59,594 nucleotides of DNA from an uncultured Phycisphaeraceae bacterium (GTDB lineage: Bacteria; Planctomycetota; Phycisphaerae; UBA1845). Shown here piece after piece: positions 39,906 to 49,393 of this stretch (position 1 is its first letter; the number at the start of each line of letters is the position of its first letter). A model generated the notes under the pieces. That model searched no databases. It was given only the letters and a program-made list of their open reading frames with translations, and was not told the DNA's origin. The stretch is taken from NCBI GenBank assembly GCA_964416845.1, contig CAYQFV010000003.1, forward strand, positions 1 to 59,594, read 5' to 3'. The position numbers and the translations under genes are program-made.

Positions 39906-41600
39906 CTATTTCCTGTTCTTCGCAGAAGGTTCCGGTAAGCCTGCGAGCGTACGAACATAGTGTACGAGTTGCCACACTTCGTTGTCGCTGAGGGCTTTTT
40001 GCGCCGGCATCGGCGTGCCCGGAATGCCGACCCGAATCCGCTTGAAGACGTCTTCCGGCTTGTCTCCGCCAGGGAAATAGCCAGTGGTGAGATCCCACGC
40101 CTTAATGCTCCGGCCGCGGTCGTCTACCAACTCCTGCGGACCGTCGCCCTTCCCCTTGTCACCGTGGCAGGACGCGCAGTTGGTCTTATAGAGCTTCGCG
40201 CCAACGGCGGGATCCGGCCGGAACGCAGAGCCAGGCCACGGAACCAGTATGATTCCCTTTGGAGTCAAACGCTTTTCCGCAATTTCCTCGATATCCTCAG
40301 GGGTGACATCGTCGTCATCCGAGAACGCCTCCGTCAGTTTTGCGATTGTGCCTTCCCGATTAATCTCGCGAATATACTTCGCCACAGCCAGCACCTCATC
40401 TTCGGTAAGCTGCGGATTGGACGGCATCTCGCCAAACCGCCGCCCTGTACTGATCGTTCGGACCAAGTCCTCTTGGGTCGGCACACCGTTAATCGCGGAA
40501 ACGTATCGGAACCGCTCATGCCAAAAGTCGCGAGGCTGCCCCTTGATGGTTGCCGCCGCAGGCCCGTTCCCGAGTCCCTTGCCACCGTGACACGCCCCGC
40601 AGAACATTTTGTACAGCGTTTCGCCGCTGGCGAGCGCTGCGTCTTCGTCTATCCGCGGTGGACGCGGCATATGTGTCGCGGGGGCATTCTTTCGATGAAA
40701 GCTCATCATGTACAATGCCAGTGTGCGAGCTTCCTGCGGGGTAAAGCCCATCTTCGGCATCACCGTTCCCGGCGACACCGTTGACGGCGACAGAAAGTGC
40801 TCATAAAGCCATTCCTGCACAGTGTGCTCGCCTTCAACGTGCGTGAAATCGTAATCGTGAGTTCTCTTGTCACCGACGTAGGTCAGGTCCGCGCCAAGAT
40901 CACCACCACCACCACGGTATCGGTGGCAGCCGAGACACCCATTCTCAACCACCAGGCGTTTCCCCTTTACAAGCACTTCGGCCCCCGGAAGCGAAAGCGC
41001 GAGGACCGCCTTCGTGATGCGCGGCTTCGCGACGTCCGGCGCCCCGGCCTGGAAGGAGAAAGCGTACAGATCCGACTGCCCGCCATAAAGGTCGACTTCG
41101 TAGTGGCAGCGCCCACAACTTGTATAGACTGTTGCGTCCCGGAGTAGTGGAGTCATGACATTGGGAACCGGTACGTCGTTGGCGTCCCAACCGTGGGCGG
41201 ATTCCGCCGTGATGGCCCGCCCCTCTCCCTGGTGACAAATCGTACACCCAAACTTCTCCAGAGGGTGGTGCTTGAGTAGATCACCGGGATGTGCCGACAG
41301 TGGCGTCGCAGCGCTCGTCATCTTTGGATTGGCCACCCCCAGATGGCAAGTCGTACAACGATCGATACGCCTCAATTCAGGCAAGAACACCTGTCGGATG
41401 GAAACGTCGAAGGAGGCCGCCGATCGCCTATCACGCTCGGTGTCCGCATCGGCTCGCAGAAGTCGTTGGTACGATCGTTGAAATGCCCGCCAGTGGCCTG
41501 AGTAGTTCTCGCGATAGGCCTCCACCGCCAACACGGCAATCGAGGACGCCGACGCGAACAGCAAGGCCGTCTTCATCATACGCAGTGGATTGCGATCCAT
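39906..41600 (-). CDS. Membrane-anchored hexaheme cytochrome c
   Basis: Six CxxCH (CTTCH, CTICH, CGRCH, CLGCH, CGACH, CASCH); N-terminal hydrophobic anchor. Confidence 0.9.
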   Translation of the reverse strand: MDRNPLRMMKTALLFASASSIAVLAVEAYRENYSGHWRAFQRSYQRLLRADADTERDRRSAASFDVSIRQVFLPELRRIDRCTTCHLGVANPKMTSAATPLSAHPGDLLKHHPLEKFGCTICHQGEGRAITAESAHGWDANDVPVPNVMTPLLRDATVYTSCGRCHYEVDLYGGQSDLYAFSFQAGAPDVAKPRITKAVLALSLPGAEVLVKGKRLVVENGCLGCHRYRGGGGDLGADLTYVGDKRTHDYDFTHVEGEHTVQEWLYEHFLSPSTVSPGTVMPKMGFTPQEARTLALYMMSFHRKNAPATHMPRPPRIDEDAALASGETLYKMFCGACHGGKGLGNGPAAATIKGQPRDFWHERFRYVSAINGVPTQEDLVRTISTGRRFGEMPSNPQLTEDEVLAVAKYIREINREGTIAKLTEAFSDDDDVTPEDIEEIAEKRLTPKGIILVPWPGSAFRPDPAVGAKLYKTNCASCHGDKGKGDGPQELVDDRGRSIKAWDLTTGYFPGGDKPEDVFKRIRVGIPGTPMPAQKALSDNEVWQLVHYVRTLAGLPEPSAKNRK

Positions 41601-41937
41601 TGAACAGTTCTTCCTCGCTACTCATTCCTCACGTGCGAAGACGTACGATCCTCTGACCGCGATTCGCTCATGATTCCCAAAGTAGCGCGCGCCCGCCTCG
41701 GCCAAGAGAGCGGAATCCCGACTAGCGTGCGCCCACACCTGAGCCCACATGGTATTTCTACTCAATGTGCGCAGCTCCGCTCTTAGCATTTCCTCACACG
41801 CCGCCTCGAAACGAAGCATCACCCGACCCGGTACCGGCACCATTGCCGTCTATCAGGCAACGGCCTGTACGGTTGTCGCCCGCACTGAACAACGGCGACG
41901 CGATCCGCCCGCCATCGCATTCATCGTTTGCAAATCG

Positions 41938-42168
41938 TTACTCGTTGATCACTTCCGGCCCGGACTCATCGTGCTCGGCAGGCGCTTCCTCATGCTCTCC
42001 ATTGAGGAAGAACAAAGTGTCACAATTGAAGATATTGCACGTGTTCTCAGCGAAGAACGCATTCGGATCGCGTAACAAGGCTTCACACCCGGGGAGCAAG
42101 ATTCCTCCAACAGCAAAAGCAACGCTCGCCAAACCGCCGAGAAAAGCGTGCAACCGATTACGTTTCAT
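41938..42168 (-). CDS. Small lipoprotein (76 aa) with C-x4-C motif
   Basis: GGAG RBS; lipobox-like LLPGC; NTCNIFNCDTLFF; paralogous to the neighbouring ORF. Confidence 0.7.
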   Translation of the reverse strand: MKRNRLHAFLGGLASVAFAVGGILLPGCEALLRDPNAFFAENTCNIFNCDTLFFLNGEHEEAPAEHDESGPEVINE

Positions 42169-42235
42169 GATTCGTGACTCCGGGAAGCCAATGCTATGGA
42201 GAAAATACGACGCGATGGCAGTCAGGACCACATCG

Positions 42236-42472
42236 CTAGTGTCCACCCCCGCCACCGCCTTCATCAGCGGAAGCAACGTCCGCATCCATCGTCGGGCGTG
42301 TCGACAACGGCAGAAGGTCTTCCACGAAGAAGAGGACGTCGCAATTTAGGAACTCGCAGGCGTTGCGGCTCGCAAACTTGAGCGGGTTAAAACTACATCC
42401 CGGTGCGAAAGCGATGCCGCACAACACAGTGATCAAGACAACCGCAGTTTCCCTAATTGATCGGATTCGCAT
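42236..42472 (-). CDS. Small lipoprotein (78 aa) with C-x4-C motif
   Basis: GGAG RBS; lipobox-like FAPGC; NACEFLNCDVLFF; paralogous to the neighbouring ORF. Confidence 0.7.
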   Translation of the reverse strand: MRIRSIRETAVVLITVLCGIAFAPGCSFNPLKFASRNACEFLNCDVLFFVEDLLPLSTRPTMDADVASADEGGGGGGH

Positions 42473-42532
42473 ATCTCTGAATACTCCAAGGATGGTCGCA
42501 TCACGCCGACCAGGATGTCTGTTTCCGATCCT

Positions 42533-42865
42533 TCAGTTGGCGGACTTCAAGAACTTCAGGATTTTTCGGTGCTCCTCTGCCGTAAGGTTTCCCCGCACGC
42601 GCATGTGAAGCGCGATCACGTCCCATTCTCGATCGCTGCGCTCGCTCGGGTCGCGAAGATTGTGACACCGCGCACAATTCTGGCGCCAGAGCAACGCTCC
42701 GCCGCGGTCCGGACCGTCCGAATCGGCGGCGACGGCGGTCGACGTGCCACCGCCATCCGCCGTCGTCACTTTCGCGGAACTCAGCGTCTTCTGACATCCG
42801 CCAGATACTGCGGAAATCGCCGCCGCACCCGCAAAGGCAAGTAGCGCCAATAGTCTTGTATTCAT
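42533..42865 (-). CDS. Monoheme cytochrome c lipoprotein
   Basis: Lipobox-like SGGC; single CARCH; HMR as possible distal ligand. Confidence 0.8.
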   Translation of the reverse strand: MNTRLLALLAFAGAAAISAVSGGCQKTLSSAKVTTADGGGTSTAVAADSDGPDRGGALLWRQNCARCHNLRDPSERSDREWDVIALHMRVRGNLTAEEHRKILKFLKSAN

Positions 42866-42892
42866 CGCCTTCTCCACAGCGAGGATTCCATA

Positions 42893-44278
42893 TCAGAATC
42901 CAATGGCAAATTGCATGAAGAATCCGTCTTCATTGTCGTCACCACGCACGTTGTCGTGCGTGTAAGTGGCCTTCCAAACGATGTTCGGACGGATCCAGTA
43001 ATCGAGCCCGAATGTCAACCGCTCACGATCCGCACCGCGGGTTGTGGGGCCGGATTCGCGTACCTGATCATAGCGAACAACGAATTCGACGTTCTTGAGG
43101 TCAATGCTATCGCCGAGCGTGAAGCTTGTGAGTGTCGGCCGGTACGCCCCTTGCACGAACCATCCGTTGCGCTTGTTGTTGAACGTGAACGGATCGAATG
43201 GCCCGGTAAAGACGAACTTGTCGGTGTCCACCCACATGGCCTCCCCTCGGAAGTCCAATCGGCCTTTGATGGCCTCGATCTCGCGTGCGTAACTGAAGTC
43301 AACGCCCTGAATAAGCGTATCAACGCCCCGGGACGCCGAACCGCTGTCACCGACTCTCCCGGTCAGAAAAGAATATCCGACTTCCAACTCCGGTATTGGC
43401 AAGAATCCGACTCTGCCGCCAAACGTCTTGTCGTTGTTGTTGTCACGGAAGTTCTCGAACCCGAGTTTTCCTGCGGAGGCAAACGCCGTGTCGTCGAAGT
43501 TCGGACCGTTCACATAGTATGTGGCATAGTTGAACTTCGTGTCGCCAACCGCAAACCCACCGCGCAACTGGACACCGAGCCCCGTTTCTCCCATCAGTCC
43601 GCGCTCATAGATGAGCGGCATGGTGGTCGTCTTGTTGATCCACGGCGGATGCCACCGCTCCCAAAACGTACCGAACGGTATCAGAAACTTGCCCGCGCCG
43701 ATAGTCATGTAGTCGTTGAGCAAGTAACTGAGCTGGAACTGCCCGAGTTCGACTTCGGTCTCTTCGTCGTCCAGTGCGAGCTCGATTTGCGTCTCGAGCA
43801 ACAGCCTGTCGATCGGCTTCCACAAAAGAATCGGAGCAATGGCAGCGCCGAATGTTGAATCTATATTGTCGCGATCCTGAAACGTCACGACTGCCGATCC
43901 GCCGAGCGCAAAGTTCGTCATGCCCGGCAGCAAAGGTTCCGTCACGTCGGTCAACTCCTCCCGCATGTCTTGAAGGATGGACTCGCGCTGACGTAACGCA
44001 AACGCGTCAAATCTCGCCTGCCAGTCTTCCGGCGATGTGTCGCCCACACTGGTCTTGAGTTCCGTAAGTTCCTTGCGAAGTTTTTCGTTCTCTTGCTTGA
44101 GCTGCACATACTCGCCTCGGAACTGCTGATACTCCTTCAGGAACTTCTCGAATTCGCGCCGTGTCAATGGTGCATCGCCGGCGGAATCCTGCTGCGCGAC
44201 GAGAGTCGACACTGGACCCGCGATGCACAGGAAAGCCAGTGCAAACAACCCGAATCGTGACGCATGGAGAGTTTTCAT
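42893..44278 (-). CDS. Outer-membrane beta-barrel (porin) with N-terminal coiled coil
   Basis: Signal peptide, heptad-rich segment, alternating beta-strand pattern, terminal FMQFAIGF. Confidence 0.8.
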   Translation of the reverse strand: MKTLHASRFGLFALAFLCIAGPVSTLVAQQDSAGDAPLTRREFEKFLKEYQQFRGEYVQLKQENEKLRKELTELKTSVGDTSPEDWQARFDAFALRQRESILQDMREELTDVTEPLLPGMTNFALGGSAVVTFQDRDNIDSTFGAAIAPILLWKPIDRLLLETQIELALDDEETEVELGQFQLSYLLNDYMTIGAGKFLIPFGTFWERWHPPWINKTTTMPLIYERGLMGETGLGVQLRGGFAVGDTKFNYATYYVNGPNFDDTAFASAGKLGFENFRDNNNDKTFGGRVGFLPIPELEVGYSFLTGRVGDSGSASRGVDTLIQGVDFSYAREIEAIKGRLDFRGEAMWVDTDKFVFTGPFDPFTFNNKRNGWFVQGAYRPTLTSFTLGDSIDLKNVEFVVRYDQVRESGPTTRGADRERLTFGLDYWIRPNIVWKATYTHDNVRGDDNEDGFFMQFAIGF

Positions 44279-44333
44279 ACCATCATCCAGGCCGGGACCC
44301 GCTCGTAGTGCTGGGTCGGTTTCAGTGCTCTGC

Positions 44334-45071
44334 CTATTTTTGCTTTAGAGTGAATTCGACGCGAACCTCGCCGCCGGCGGTCACCGTGACGTTGGCCTTT
44401 TGCTTGCCAAGCTTCTCTTGCCATATCACCACCGTGTACGTACCCGCCGGAACGTTTTCGAAACGAAACGTTCCGTCTGCACCGGTCACGGCGTAATACG
44501 GGTTCTTGGCAACCACAACCCAACTTGACATCCATGGGTGAATGTCGCAGCCAACGTGAATACGCTCGGTGTAGTCGAAGGTAACATCCAACTTCTTCAT
44601 CCCTCCCGGCATGGACCGGTTGAACGGTTCGTTCTTCTTTGCATAGAGATGAACGTTGTGGAGTATTCCGTCACTGTTCAGAATATTCAGTGGTTCCCCT
44701 TGTGGTACGACGACGATGTGTGGAGAGAATTGGCAACCGTGCTGGTTAAGAATAGCTGGGTTGTCCGCATCGATACTAAAGGGCTTGCCGTGAGCGATCT
44801 TTTTAATGTACGCAACAACCCAGCGGACTTTGGCATCGGCGGAAACGACGAGGTCTTCATTTTGAATAGGCTTGACGTGACAAGGTTTATCCTGTCCGGC
44901 CACAGTAAGCGTACGCTGTTTGGGAATCGCGCCTTCCCAGTTGACCACACCCACAATTGTTCCGCCGTTTTTGACCTCCATCGGTTTGTACTTGGCAGCG
45001 GCCGGACGGGCTGAAAAACACACAACCGCCAGGCATGTCAGCACGGCGAAGGACTGATTTCTAGTTTGCAC
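44334..45071 (-). CDS. Periplasmic cupredoxin-like protein with carboxypeptidase-regulatory-like domain
   Basis: HNVH...CDIHPWM type-1 copper ligand pattern; TGADGTFRFENVPAGTYTVVIW module. Confidence 0.75.
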   Translation of the reverse strand: MQTRNQSFAVLTCLAVVCFSARPAAAKYKPMEVKNGGTIVGVVNWEGAIPKQRTLTVAGQDKPCHVKPIQNEDLVVSADAKVRWVVAYIKKIAHGKPFSIDADNPAILNQHGCQFSPHIVVVPQGEPLNILNSDGILHNVHLYAKKNEPFNRSMPGGMKKLDVTFDYTERIHVGCDIHPWMSSWVVVAKNPYYAVTGADGTFRFENVPAGTYTVVIWQEKLGKQKANVTVTAGGEVRVEFTLKQK

Positions 45072-45115
45072 TCTGTAGCTCCAATCGTTCTCTTAGTGTT
45101 TCTGGGATCGCTGCA

Positions 45116-45973
45116 TCACACTTGCCCGGCCAAGAAACGCACGTAGTAGACGAGTTGCCAGACTTGTTCGTCGCTCAGGGCGACGGCCGCCGACATCGGC
45201 GTGCCAGGAACGCCGCAACGAATCCGCTTGAAGACTTCCTCCACGGTGGTCCCGCCCCGAAACTCGCCGGACGTCAAATCTCGGACACTGATGGGCTTGC
45301 CTTGTTCATCGAGAGGTTTGGCGAGTCCGTCACCGCGTCCAGTCAAGCCGTGGCAAGACGCACAGTTCGCCGCGTACAGCTTGCGACCCGCTTCAGTGTC
45401 GCGTTGAAACTCAGATCCTGGTCGTGTCACGTGGATCGCACCGCGCGGCTTGACACGAATGTGCGATATCTCTTCGATCTCCTCCTCCGACGTGTCGTCA
45501 TCGTCGGAGAACTCTTCACGCAGATCGTCAAGCCAGCCGAGGCGTTGGATCTCTCTGACGTAATCGGCGAGCACGCGGACTTCCGCATCGGTGAGTTGCG
45601 GACCCGCGGGCATCTGACCGTAGCGCCGACCGTTCCGGATCGAGTCGCTCAAGTCCTCATCGGTCGGCACTCCATTCAGCGTCGAGACGTAACGGAATCG
45701 CTCGTGCCGGAAGTCTCGGGGTGCAACGTCAAGCGCGATCGCAGCTGGCCCTCGCCCCGTTCCAGTATCGCCGTGGCAGGGCGCGCAGTGCGCGGTGAAG
45801 AGCTCGTGGCCTTTCAACGTAGCGACCGCTTCGGTAGTGACCGCGTCGGTGGTGGCCATGGATGCTGTCGAGGCAGGGGCTCGGCACGCCGTTTGGCTGA
45901 ACGCTACCCCGCACGCCAAACCCAAAGCTGCGGTCACCACAACTCCGCCACATGTCACCTTCATTGGGATCAT
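45116..45973 (-). CDS. Periplasmic diheme cytochrome c
   Basis: CAPCH and CASCH with distal Met motifs GQMP and GTPM; signal-like N-terminus. Confidence 0.88.
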   Translation of the reverse strand: MIPMKVTCGGVVVTAALGLACGVAFSQTACRAPASTASMATTDAVTTEAVATLKGHELFTAHCAPCHGDTGTGRGPAAIALDVAPRDFRHERFRYVSTLNGVPTDEDLSDSIRNGRRYGQMPAGPQLTDAEVRVLADYVREIQRLGWLDDLREEFSDDDDTSEEEIEEISHIRVKPRGAIHVTRPGSEFQRDTEAGRKLYAANCASCHGLTGRGDGLAKPLDEQGKPISVRDLTSGEFRGGTTVEEVFKRIRCGVPGTPMSAAVALSDEQVWQLVYYVRFLAGQV

Positions 45974-46057
45974 CTCCGTGTCATCGCTCAAATGTTCTGC
46001 AACGACATTCGACCGGTTCGCCTGCAAAGAGCGCGCGAGCGCTATTTGACAGGGCCA

Positions 46058-46073
46058 TGCACGCGTAGCGCCA
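46058..46073 (-). promoter_or_regulatory. Sigma54 -24/-12 promoter candidate for the redox cluster
   Basis: Minus strand TGGCGCTACGCGTGCA has exact GG-N10-GC spacing; next to a sigma54 activator gene. Confidence 0.55.
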
Positions 46074-46318
46074 GTGAAAAGATCGAGCCGGTCCTACTTC
46101 GACATAAACTCCGTTTTTGACTAGGCTTGCGGGCGAGACACGATCGACGGGTCGTTTCGCAAAAATGAGAAACTGTCGCTGCGTTTCGCAAGTCTGCAAC
46201 GCCCGTGGCTTGAAACGGGCATGCAGGATACGATGCGGTTGGTGCGAATCTGCCTCGCACGCCGCGGCGACAGCCATGCGAGCGGGAGATTTCGGCGTCC
46301 CGTCAATTCTGCCGAGGA

Positions 46319-47944
46319 GTGAGACTCGTGAAGACCACGCGTACACACGCACTGAACATCCGCCGGATCGTCGGTGGGACGCTCATGCTCGTGTGTTTCG
46401 GCGCCAATGTGCTCGCTGTGATCTATGTCACGCGGGAACACAAACTGATCGAGGACACCATCTCGGAGACGACGTCGGACCACGGGGTAGCGTGGGCACG
46501 GCTTTGCGCCGTCGAGATGCAAAGTGGAGGTGTTGCGGGTCTTCAGCGCCTGATTGACGCGATCGGACAGAGCCGCGGCGTTCGCCTTGCCATGGTCGTG
46601 GGCAACTCCGGGCGGGTCGTTGCTGCGACGGACCCGTCGCAAGTCGGTCGGGTGCATCGCATCGATCACGACGCCATCGCCGAAGACCAGCCGTCAGAAG
46701 CGCACCACGTAGAAGAACTCGGGCCGTCGCCTACGGGTTTCTTTCATGAGGAAGGACACACCTTCCAATTCGTCTTCCCCATTCGCAACGACGGAAAAGA
46801 CTACGGCGAACTCATATTGGATGTGAATACCGCCTGGGGCAACCTGCAGGCGAAAGCGCTGGCGCTGAAAGGCTTGGCGCTTGTCTTTGCCGTGACCTTG
46901 CTGATAGGGTTGGCAGCGTGGGCTCTCGACTGGCGATTGCGTAAGGCTGTCAAAGCCCTCATCGCCGCAACCCGAGCCATCGCCAAGGGCGAGCGAACCT
47001 TCGACGTCGAGGTCGGAACCGGCGACGAATTGGACATTCTGGGAGATAGCGTCAAGCAACTCGCCGAGGCGCTTCAAGACACCGAGGAGAGAGTGGCACA
47101 CTGGCATCGAGAACTTGAATCCACAATCGCCAACCGAACTGCACAGCTCGAAGAGTCGCAACAGCTTCTTGCCGAACGCGAAAAGATGGCCGCGCTGGGG
47201 TTGATGGCCGCGGGCATCGTGCACGAGATCGGAAACCCTCTAACTGCGATGTCGGCGATCGTCCAGCGAATACAGCTTAAAGCCAATGCGGCGCTTGGAG
47301 AAAAGTGCGGCGTGTTGGTCGAGCAGATCGATCGGATCTCAAGAATTGTCGACGACATGCGCCAAGTGGCGAGGCCGGTGTCCGCCAGAGGTTATTCGAC
47401 GAACGTCAATGAGACGCTGCGCATCGCCATCAAGGTGACGCAATACGACCCCCGGTCGAAGATGGTGAAGATTAGCACCGAGCTTGCGAACGAGGTTCCC
47501 CGAGTATCGGGCAATGCCGACCGATGGCAGCAAGTCTTCATCAACCTGATCATCAATGCGTTGGACGCCATGCCCGACGGAGGACAGCTAACCGTTTCGA
47601 CTTCTGTTTCCGGCGAGCTTGTGATCATTTCTTTTCGCGATACCGGCAGTGGCATGACGCCCGATCAGATCAGGAACCTGTATCACCCTTTCTTTACGAC
47701 AAAGGCGAGCGGGGGGATGGGATTGGGACTGTCGGTTTGCAATAGCATCGTACGGAGCTACGGAGGCGACATCGCGGTAACAAGTCAACTCGGATCGGGT
47801 ACCGAGTTTCGGATTACCCTCCCACCATACGAGGAGCGGCCCCGTTCGGCCACGTATCCGAAGACCGGTGTTCACGACGACGAGGTTCCCGACGCGACGT
47901 TTGACCCGAAGTTGCTTCACGCCCCACGGAAAGCGACACCGTAG
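46319..47944 (+). CDS. Sensor histidine kinase (2 TM, HAMP, HisKA, HATPase)
   Basis: GIVHEIGNPL, VFINLIINALDA, DTGSG, PFFTTK, GMGLGLSV. Confidence 0.93.
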   Translation: MRLVKTTRTHALNIRRIVGGTLMLVCFGANVLAVIYVTREHKLIEDTISETTSDHGVAWARLCAVEMQSGGVAGLQRLIDAIGQSRGVRLAMVVGNSGRVVAATDPSQVGRVHRIDHDAIAEDQPSEAHHVEELGPSPTGFFHEEGHTFQFVFPIRNDGKDYGELILDVNTAWGNLQAKALALKGLALVFAVTLLIGLAAWALDWRLRKAVKALIAATRAIAKGERTFDVEVGTGDELDILGDSVKQLAEALQDTEERVAHWHRELESTIANRTAQLEESQQLLAEREKMAALGLMAAGIVHEIGNPLTAMSAIVQRIQLKANAALGEKCGVLVEQIDRISRIVDDMRQVARPVSARGYSTNVNETLRIAIKVTQYDPRSKMVKISTELANEVPRVSGNADRWQQVFINLIINALDAMPDGGQLTVSTSVSGELVIISFRDTGSGMTPDQIRNLYHPFFTTKASGGMGLGLSVCNSIVRSYGGDIAVTSQLGSGTEFRITLPPYEERPRSATYPKTGVHDDEVPDATFDPKLLHAPRKATP

Positions 47945-47947
47945 CTC

Positions 47948-49315
47948 ATGTCTGCCACCATCTTGATCGTTGAAGACGAGCGCGCCATTCGGGAAGAGTT
48001 GGCCGATTTCCTCCGCGAGGAGGGGTTCTCGTGTGTTCTGGCTTCCAATGGCCAAGAGGGTATTGCGTGCGTCGATGGTCGCGACCTTGACGTGGTCCTC
48101 CTCGATGTCCGCCTTCCGGACATGTGTGGCATTGATGTGCTGGCCCGCTTGAGAGCACTTGCCCCCGAATCGCACGTCTTCATCATGACAGCACATCCAT
48201 CGGTCGATACGGTCGTCTCGGCGCTCAGGCTGGGCGCCATCGACTACGTGACCAAGCCGCTCATCCTCGAGGACTTACTACAGAAAATCAGACGATCGAT
48301 CGAATTCCGTGCTCAGCAAATGGAAATCCGCTGGTATCGTCAGCAATTGCAAATCGAATACGGTTTCTCGAACATCATTGGCAAGTCTCAAGCAATGAAG
48401 GATGTATTCACCCTGGTCCAACGCGTCGCTTCGACCGAATCACCGGTCCTCGTCACCGGCGAAAGCGGAACAGGCAAAGAACTGATTGCCAACGCGATTC
48501 ACCATAACGGAACCCGGAGAGATGCACGCCTCATCCCACTCAACTGTGCGGCGATTCCGGCGGCGTTGCTCGAATCTCAGATGTTCGGACACCTGAAAGG
48601 AGCGTTCACGGGTGCAGATGTGCGAACTGCAGGCCTGTTCGCAGCCGCCAGCGGTGGGACACTGCTTCTTGACGAAATCGGCGAGTTGCCACTGGAGCTT
48701 CAGCCCAAGCTGCTTCGAGCGGTAGAGCAGCAGAGCGTTCTCCCCGTCGGTGCGACCGAGCCGGTGAGCATTGACACGCGCATCATCGCGTCGACGAATA
48801 CCGATCTTCAGCAGGCTGTAAAGGACGGCCGCTTTCGGGCCGACTTATTCTACCGGCTCGCCATCGTGACCATCGAGATTCCGCCGTTACGCGACAGAGT
48901 CGAAGACATCCCCGCGCTCGTTGAACGGTTCGTCGCCAAGCTGAACACGAAGTTGCGAAAGAACTTCCGTGGCGTATCGAATGCGGCACTCGGACACCTG
49001 CTGCGATACCGTTGGCCTGGCAATGTGCGAGAGCTGCAGAATGTCATTGAGCGGGCCATGATCCTACAAGATGGCGATTTGATCACGCCTTCGGCACTGC
49101 CGTCAAGCTTGCTCGAACGGCCCCATCCGGACCGCGTCGTCGGACCGCTGAAAGCCGCCGTCCATGAGTTTGAAAAAGAATACATCAACCGTATTCTCCA
49201 AGTAACGAATGGAGACAAGCAACTTGCAGCCGAGTTGCTTGGCGTCAGCGTGAGCTCGATCTATCGCAGACTTCAAGCCATCGAAGACGAAACCGGTGAA
49301 TTCGGGCACAACTGA
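47948..49315 (+). CDS. Sigma54-dependent response regulator (NtrC family)
   Basis: Receiver (VEDE, LDVRLP, KP); AAA+ ([29 protein letters not shown]); C-terminal HTH. Confidence 0.95.
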   Translation: MSATILIVEDERAIREELADFLREEGFSCVLASNGQEGIACVDGRDLDVVLLDVRLPDMCGIDVLARLRALAPESHVFIMTAHPSVDTVVSALRLGAIDYVTKPLILEDLLQKIRRSIEFRAQQMEIRWYRQQLQIEYGFSNIIGKSQAMKDVFTLVQRVASTESPVLVTGESGTGKELIANAIHHNGTRRDARLIPLNCAAIPAALLESQMFGHLKGAFTGADVRTAGLFAAASGGTLLLDEIGELPLELQPKLLRAVEQQSVLPVGATEPVSIDTRIIASTNTDLQQAVKDGRFRADLFYRLAIVTIEIPPLRDRVEDIPALVERFVAKLNTKLRKNFRGVSNAALGHLLRYRWPGNVRELQNVIERAMILQDGDLITPSALPSSLLERPHPDRVVGPLKAAVHEFEKEYINRILQVTNGDKQLAAELLGVSVSSIYRRLQAIEDETGEFGHN

Positions 49316-49393
49316 GCACTCGATTGCCCCACCTCGCATCCAAATCATGTGCCAGCCGTTGTGAAAGTTTGGCCAGCGTAAACATCGGCGCGG

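Noticed and set aside
35777-41600. Anammox metabolism, suggested by the Rieske/cytb architecture
   Set aside because: No hydrazine synthase, hydrazine dehydrogenase or octaheme HAO-like gene in the window
41622-41750. 42-codon ORF (MWAQVWAH...) in the gap before the hexaheme gene
   Set aside because: No clear RBS or motif; cannot be supported
42893-44278. Cyc2 fused cytochrome-porin or MtrB call
   Set aside because: No CxxCH in the porin and no adjacent decaheme MtrA-type gene
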